Positions 59,287 to 64,000 of a stretch of DNA of 64,000 nt are shown here, piece after piece (position 1 is the first letter of the stretch; each line of letters opens with the position of its first letter). The DNA is from Thermoproteota archaeon (GTDB lineage: Archaea > Korarchaeota > JAOZGF01 > JAOZFZ01). Where the stretch lies: the NCBI GenBank assembly GCA_027492035.1, contig JAOZFT010000007.1, positions 39,042 to 103,041 on the forward strand, written 5' to 3'. Under the pieces are notes generated by a model, which saw only the letters and a list, made by a program, of their open reading frames with translations, was not told where the DNA came from and searched no databases. The position numbers and the translations under genes are program-made.

Positions 59287-60543
59287 TCACTTCCTCTTTT
59301 TCAGAATTAAGCTTTGAGTGCAGTAAACCAAAGTGTCTGACGGAATGTTCATTGTTACAAGCGTGTTTGCTCCTATTAAGGAGTTGCCTCCTATTTTTAT
59401 TCCAGGCATTATGTTAACGTTTATTCCTGTTTCCACATTGTCCCCCATAATTACGCCGAGTTTTCTTAAACCACTTCCTACCTTCTTTCCCTTAATTTCA
59501 ACCTTTATTTCTGAATGGTCAAGCCTAAGGTTTGCAGTAATCGTTCCAGCACCGAAGTTGCAGTTGGAACCTATTAAACTGTCTCCAACATAGGTTAAGT
59601 GAGGTATTTTTGTTTTTTCCAACACTATACTGTTCTTCACTTCAACAGAAGCCCCTATTTTAACTTGATCCTCAATGGAGGTGAAAGGCCGTATATACGA
59701 GTTGGGTCCTATTTCACAGTTTTTCCCTATGTAGACAGGCCCCTCTATGTATGATCCTGACCTTACTTTGCTCCCTTTCCCTACAAAAACTTTCCCTTTC
59801 AAATAAACATTTTTTTCGATTTCTCCACATATCCTAGGTTTCATTACTTTGTCTAAAATGTATTTGTTAGCTTTCAATAAATCCCAAGGAGTTCCTATGT
59901 CTATCCATTCATTTTGCAGCTTAACCCCTATAAATTCGAACCCTTCATTAATCATTTTTTTCAATGCATCTGTTAACTCATACTCCCCCCTCTCCGTTTT
60001 ATTCAGTCTCCTTAGGTATTGGAAAATTTGAGGAGGAAGAACGTAGATTCCTGCTAAAGCAAGGTTTGATTTCGGTTTTGCCGGTTTTTCCTCAATTTCA
60101 ACAATTTTTTCATTTTTTAAAGTAGCTACCCCATACATTTCAGGTTTTTCCACTTCCACAAGTGCAATCACAGGTTTACCTTTCTCACCGTGTTTTTCCA
60201 GAATTAGGTGAATGTTTTCAGAATCTGTAACAACGTCACCGTAATAAACAAGAAATTCTTCATTAATTCTTTTCTCTAAAGGAACCAAGGCGTCTCCTGT
60301 TCCAAGCTGCTCCTTTTGTTCAACGATTTCAACAGGTATTCCTTTCCCAGCTAAGTGTCTTATTATTTTCTCCTTTAAATAAGAAACCACTACATAGATT
60401 GGTTCAATTTTGTTTACGATAAGGTTTTCTAAAGCGTAATCTAGCACTGTTTTGCCGCCTAAAGGAATAAGGTGCTTAGGTCTTGTCTCTGTTAAAGGTT
60501 TCAACCTTTCACTTTTACCTGCTGCTAAAACAACCCCTTCCAT
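59287..60543 (-). CDS. Bifunctional sugar-1-phosphate nucleotidylyltransferase/acetyltransferase (archaeal GlmU-like)
   Basis: LAAGKSERLKPLT..RPK, EKP, RGEYELTD; hexapeptide left-handed beta-helix with HLTYVGDS, GAGTITANLR. Confidence 0.88.
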   Translation of the reverse strand: MEGVVLAAGKSERLKPLTETRPKHLIPLGGKTVLDYALENLIVNKIEPIYVVVSYLKEKIIRHLAGKGIPVEIVEQKEQLGTGDALVPLEKRINEEFLVYYGDVVTDSENIHLILEKHGEKGKPVIALVEVEKPEMYGVATLKNEKIVEIEEKPAKPKSNLALAGIYVLPPQIFQYLRRLNKTERGEYELTDALKKMINEGFEFIGVKLQNEWIDIGTPWDLLKANKYILDKVMKPRICGEIEKNVYLKGKVFVGKGSKVRSGSYIEGPVYIGKNCEIGPNSYIRPFTSIEDQVKIGASVEVKNSIVLEKTKIPHLTYVGDSLIGSNCNFGAGTITANLRLDHSEIKVEIKGKKVGSGLRKLGVIMGDNVETGINVNIMPGIKIGGNSLIGANTLVTMNIPSDTLVYCTQSLILKKRK

Positions 60544-60720
60544 TCAAGCCACACTCTCCCAAAAAAGAAAAGAAAATTAAAAAATTTATCTTTTAATTTC
60601 TGCAAAGAAGTGAAAGAATAAAGTTTTGTAAAAAGGGAAAGAATTTTTTCGTTTTAAAAACATATAAACAACTTTCTATTGAAAGAGAAATGAAGTGCAA
60701 AATGAAGCTACATCAAAAAT

Positions 60721-60951
60721 TTTAAACCTGTGTGGGTTAATTCATTAGGTGCTAAATCAAGTTGCATACTTATTAAAAACCCAGGATGTAAATGTTGTAA
60801 TTGGTTCTGGAGTCTCTGTCATGCAACCAAACCTTTTCCAGCCTCTCCTGAAGAGAGACTGTGATGGAGGGAGAAGGGAGATGAAAAATTAAAAAATTTG
60901 TGGACAGGCTAAATATTTAGTGATTACTCCTCACCACCACGATCACTATTT
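60721..60951 (+). pseudogene. Remnant of an archaeal metallo-beta-lactamase-fold hydrolase (UPF0282-like)
   Basis: FKPVWVNSLGAKSSCILIK / DVNVVIGSGVSVMQP / LVITPHHHDHY across frameshifts, resembling SLGAKS...DPG...ISHYHYDH. Confidence 0.55.
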
Positions 60952-61059
60952 TTCGCAAGATAGGGGGTTTAGGTTTTAACGGCTACTGAGTACTTGGGTG
61001 AAACCCTGCAACAAATAAATTATGTAGCGTTTGTTAAAGACTTGCCTTCCTTCCCTCTT

Positions 61060-61953
61060 TTATTTAAAGTTTAATTTTTCCTGTTTTTTCCAGTTCATTA
61101 GACATAGTTCCTTATATATTTCTCCACGTAAATCTTTTAAGATTGGTGCTGAAGTTTTGTTCTTTATTCTCCTAAGTCTTTCCAAATTTATTTCTCCAAC
61201 TACTGTATAATCCTTCCCTTCCTCCCCTTCCGCTATAACTCCTTCCCGGTAATAATCTGTTGTGGATAGAATTATGGATTCCCCGGTAAACTTTAAATTT
61301 AACTCTTTTATTGTAGGGGTTAAACCAGCTGATAAGAAAACAAACCCTTGAATTTCAATTGCTCTAGCCAAGCTTGAAAACTTTAACCAGTTAAAGGCCC
61401 CTTTCCCTGGAGCCATAACCGGTGCAATTAAAATTTCAACTCCCTTTAAGGCGTAAATTCTTGAAAGTTCAGGGAACCCTAAATCGTAACAAATCAGTAA
61501 ACCTATTTTTGTCCGCGAAAACTTTATTACTTCTGGTTTGTCACCTGGGGAGAAACCCAGTTCTTTATCTAGTTTATGTAAATGAATTTTCCTATACTTA
61601 ACAGTTCCCCCTTTTGGAGAGAAGAAATGGGCAGTGTTGAAGAAGTTATTTCCCTCTTTTTCAACAGTTGTTCCAGCTAGTATGTGGAGGTTGTTTTCAG
61701 AAGAGATTTTGGAAAAGAAATCTATGTAGTCAGTGTAGTAGTTAACCAGTTTCTTAAGAACTCCTGAACCTTTAAGGAAAGAGTCAGGCTTAAATATTTC
61801 AAAAGTTAAGTACTCAGGAAAGACAAGTATGTCTACACCTTTTTTAGCTGCAGCTTCAACGTGTTTTAACACATGTTTTTTAAAACCTTCAAAACCTGTT
61901 TGGAAGAGGAATTTATATTGGGCCAAAGCAACTTTCAAAACCTCACTCACCAA
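61060..61953 (-). CDS. Carbon-nitrogen hydrolase (nitrilase superfamily)
   Basis: Catalytic triad motifs FPEY, YRKIHL, ICYD. Confidence 0.9.
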   Translation of the reverse strand: MVSEVLKVALAQYKFLFQTGFEGFKKHVLKHVEAAAKKGVDILVFPEYLTFEIFKPDSFLKGSGVLKKLVNYYTDYIDFFSKISSENNLHILAGTTVEKEGNNFFNTAHFFSPKGGTVKYRKIHLHKLDKELGFSPGDKPEVIKFSRTKIGLLICYDLGFPELSRIYALKGVEILIAPVMAPGKGAFNWLKFSSLARAIEIQGFVFLSAGLTPTIKELNLKFTGESIILSTTDYYREGVIAEGEEGKDYTVVGEINLERLRRIKNKTSAPILKDLRGEIYKELCLMNWKKQEKLNFK

Positions 61954-62497
61954 CTTTCTCCCCCTTATTTTCCTAGTTGTATGAATTAAACGTCGAGTCC
62001 ATTATTTTGTATGTTTTTGTTTTTTCTTCATGAACCCAACCTTTGTTAGGGTGTTTAATAAATTGTTGTTTTTTGCTTGTGATTGAAGCATCTTCTTCTG
62101 TTTCAAGAACTCTTTTTACCTGAAAACCATGTTAAAGATTTAACTGGTAAAACTTTTTTGGTGAGTTTCTTTAACGTTACTTCCTGACATGTCTTCTATA
62201 AAACGGTGAAGAGGGGTTGTTAATTCTTGCGAAGTCGTATGACCCAGTTAAGGCTTCGCTAAGTTAATAGTTAATGTTTCGGACTCATAGAGGTAAGTAT
62301 TCGGTTGGGAAAAATTTTTCAACCTTAAAAGTTTAAAATTATAAAAAACCTTAACTTTTAAGGCTTAATGTCTTGAAAAATGGAGGGGGAGGAGTTACTG
62401 GCTGAAGTTAACTTTTAGTTTAAACTGGAAACCTTTTTCCTATGAATTTTTAAAGAAAGTCCTTTAAGGAAGAAAGGTGTAGGAGGGAAAAAGAGCC

Positions 62498-64000
62498 ATG
62501 AAGCTTTTTGGTTATATGGGAAAAATTTTGGAAGTAGATCTCCAGAAAAGAGAAAGTAGAGTTAAAGAAGTTGATGAAGAAATTTATAAGAACTTTATAG
62601 GAGGAAAAGGGTTAGGGGTTTACCTCTTCACCAAATACTTCAACAAAGTTCATAATGCCTTAGACCCAACTAACCCATTAATTTTCACGGTGGGCCCGGT
62701 TAATGGTTTTTTACTTTCAGGCTCATCTAAACTGTGCGCTGTTTCCAGGTCTCCGTTGACAGGTTTCTATGGAGAAAGCCAGGTTGGAGGTTTCATAGCA
62801 GCAAAAATTAAGTTTGCAGGTTACGACGGAATAGTTTTTGTGAATGCTTCAAAAGAGCCTGTGTACATTGAAATAAACGAGGATCAGGTAGTGTTTCATG
62901 ATGCACAGCATCTTTGGGGAAAAGACAATTTTGAAACCCATGACACTTTAAGAGAAGATCATGGCAAAGAGTATGAAGTTTTAAGTATAGGGCCTGCAGG
63001 TGAGAAACTGGTTAAGTTCGCATGTGTAGAACACAGGAAAGGTAGAGAACTGGGAAGAACAGGCATGGGGGCTGTGATGGGTTCTAAAAAACTTAAGGCA
63101 GTGATTGTCACAGGAGAAAAAAGGGTTGAAGCAGCTTACCCTGAAAGATTAACCGCTTTCTCAAAAAAATTAAATGAAGCTGCAAAAGAAAAGTTAAGGA
63201 GTTTAACAAAGTACGGAACAATGGGAATGATGAACTTAACCAATGCAACAGGCACTTTGCCAACCAAGTACTGGACTGAGGGAGAGTTTCAAGGCTTTGA
63301 AAAAATAAATGCCCATACTTTGAAGGAAAAATACTATTTAAGGAAAGCTGCATGTTACGGTTGTAGTGTGGCATGCAGAAAAATTTCGCAAGTGAAGGAA
63401 GGAAAGTATAGAAGTGGCGAAGTAGATGGACCTGAGTATGAAACATCTTACTCACTAGGTTCTCTCTGCTACATCGACAACCCTGAAGTTATAATTAAAG
63501 CTAACGAAATATGTGACAAATTGGGAATGGACACCATAACAGCTGGAAACGTAATAGGTTTTACTATGGAGTGTTTCAAGAAAGGCATTGTTTCAAAGAA
63601 AGATTTGGGTTTCAGTTTAAAATTTGGAGACGGAGACTCAGCACTTAAATTACTGGAAATGATAGGGAAAAGGGAAGGGTTTGGAGACATTTTAGCGGAA
63701 GGAGTTAAGGCAGCATCTGAAAAAATAGGTAAGGGAAGTGAAAAAATAGCTGTTCATGTTAAAGGATTAGAGCCTCCAGGTTACGACCCTAGAGGTTTGA
63801 AAGCTGCAGCTTTAGCCTACGCTGTTTCAGTTAGGGGAGCTTGCCACCTAAGACACCTAGCCTATAGACCTGACTTAGTAGGTGAACATGCGTTTAGCAA
63901 AGAAAAGATAGACAGATTCTCCATTAAAGGAAAACCTGAAATGGTTAAAGAACAAGAGGATTTCTACGCTGTCATCGACTCAATGGTGCTTTGTAAATTT
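62498..64000 (+). CDS. Tungsten-dependent aldehyde:ferredoxin oxidoreductase (AOR family), runs off the window end
   Basis: MKLFGYMGKILEVDL, IGGKGLG, SPLTG, GRTGMGAVMGSKKLKA, GPEYET, DKLGMDTI, GACH; absent from the ORF track because no stop lies in the window. Confidence 0.92.
   Translation, partial: MKLFGYMGKILEVDLQKRESRVKEVDEEIYKNFIGGKGLGVYLFTKYFNKVHNALDPTNPLIFTVGPVNGFLLSGSSKLCAVSRSPLTGFYGESQVGGFIAAKIKFAGYDGIVFVNASKEPVYIEINEDQVVFHDAQHLWGKDNFETHDTLREDHGKEYEVLSIGPAGEKLVKFACVEHRKGRELGRTGMGAVMGSKKLKAVIVTGEKRVEAAYPERLTAFSKKLNEAAKEKLRSLTKYGTMGMMNLTNATGTLPTKYWTEGEFQGFEKINAHTLKEKYYLRKAACYGCSVACRKISQVKEGKYRSGEVDGPEYETSYSLGSLCYIDNPEVIIKANEICDKLGMDTITAGNVIGFTMECFKKGIVSKKDLGFSLKFGDGDSALKLLEMIGKREGFGDILAEGVKAASEKIGKGSEKIAVHVKGLEPPGYDPRGLKAAALAYAVSVRGACHLRHLAYRPDLVGEHAFSKEKIDRFSIKGKPEMVKEQEDFYAVIDSMVLCKF

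Noticed and set aside
61954-62497. Short broken minus-strand reading frames in the nitrilase-AOR gap
   Set aside because: No recognisable family motif; cannot support a call
2292-63690. Numerous short antisense or alternate-frame ORFs in the track (e.g. 18134-18649, 54413-54883, 27509-27748, 63108-63455)
   Set aside because: They are shadows of well-supported genes, with no motifs of their own

Overview
AT-rich, gene-dense segment of an anaerobic, probably thermophilic archaeal chromosome. This is inferred from archaeal gene families, GGTGA-type RBSs and Lys/Glu-rich proteins; the lineage cannot be fixed from this window. No rRNA, tRNA or CRISPR array was seen. Content: a 2-oxoacid:ferredoxin oxidoreductase (korDABC) operon running directly into hdrA-mvhD/hdrC/hdrB; H4MPT/C1 genes (fae, DUF447, mptG, citG-like, a distant RACo-type corrinoid activator); BMP-type ABC and ECF transporters; argG/argH; housekeeping enzymes; a partial AOR gene; and decayed remnants of TnpB, HEPN and an MBL hydrolase. 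The best novel-system candidate is a six-gene minus-strand cluster (33185-36686). It encodes four copies of one winged-helix module, a cDENN-like protein, a V4R/Bet3-like protein, a HAD phosphatase and a small membrane protein. It is transcribed divergently from a three-PAS histidine kinase whose catalytic motifs are all degenerate. Also notable: a threonine-synthase homolog with its PLP Lys replaced by Arg and a fused PadR-like domain, a Cys-less thiolase with a DUF35 partner, a dinB split by a +1 frameshift at UUU_UUU_CGC, and an unannotated 39-aa membrane peptide in the ECF operon. All family calls come from motif recognition by eye, not from database searches.
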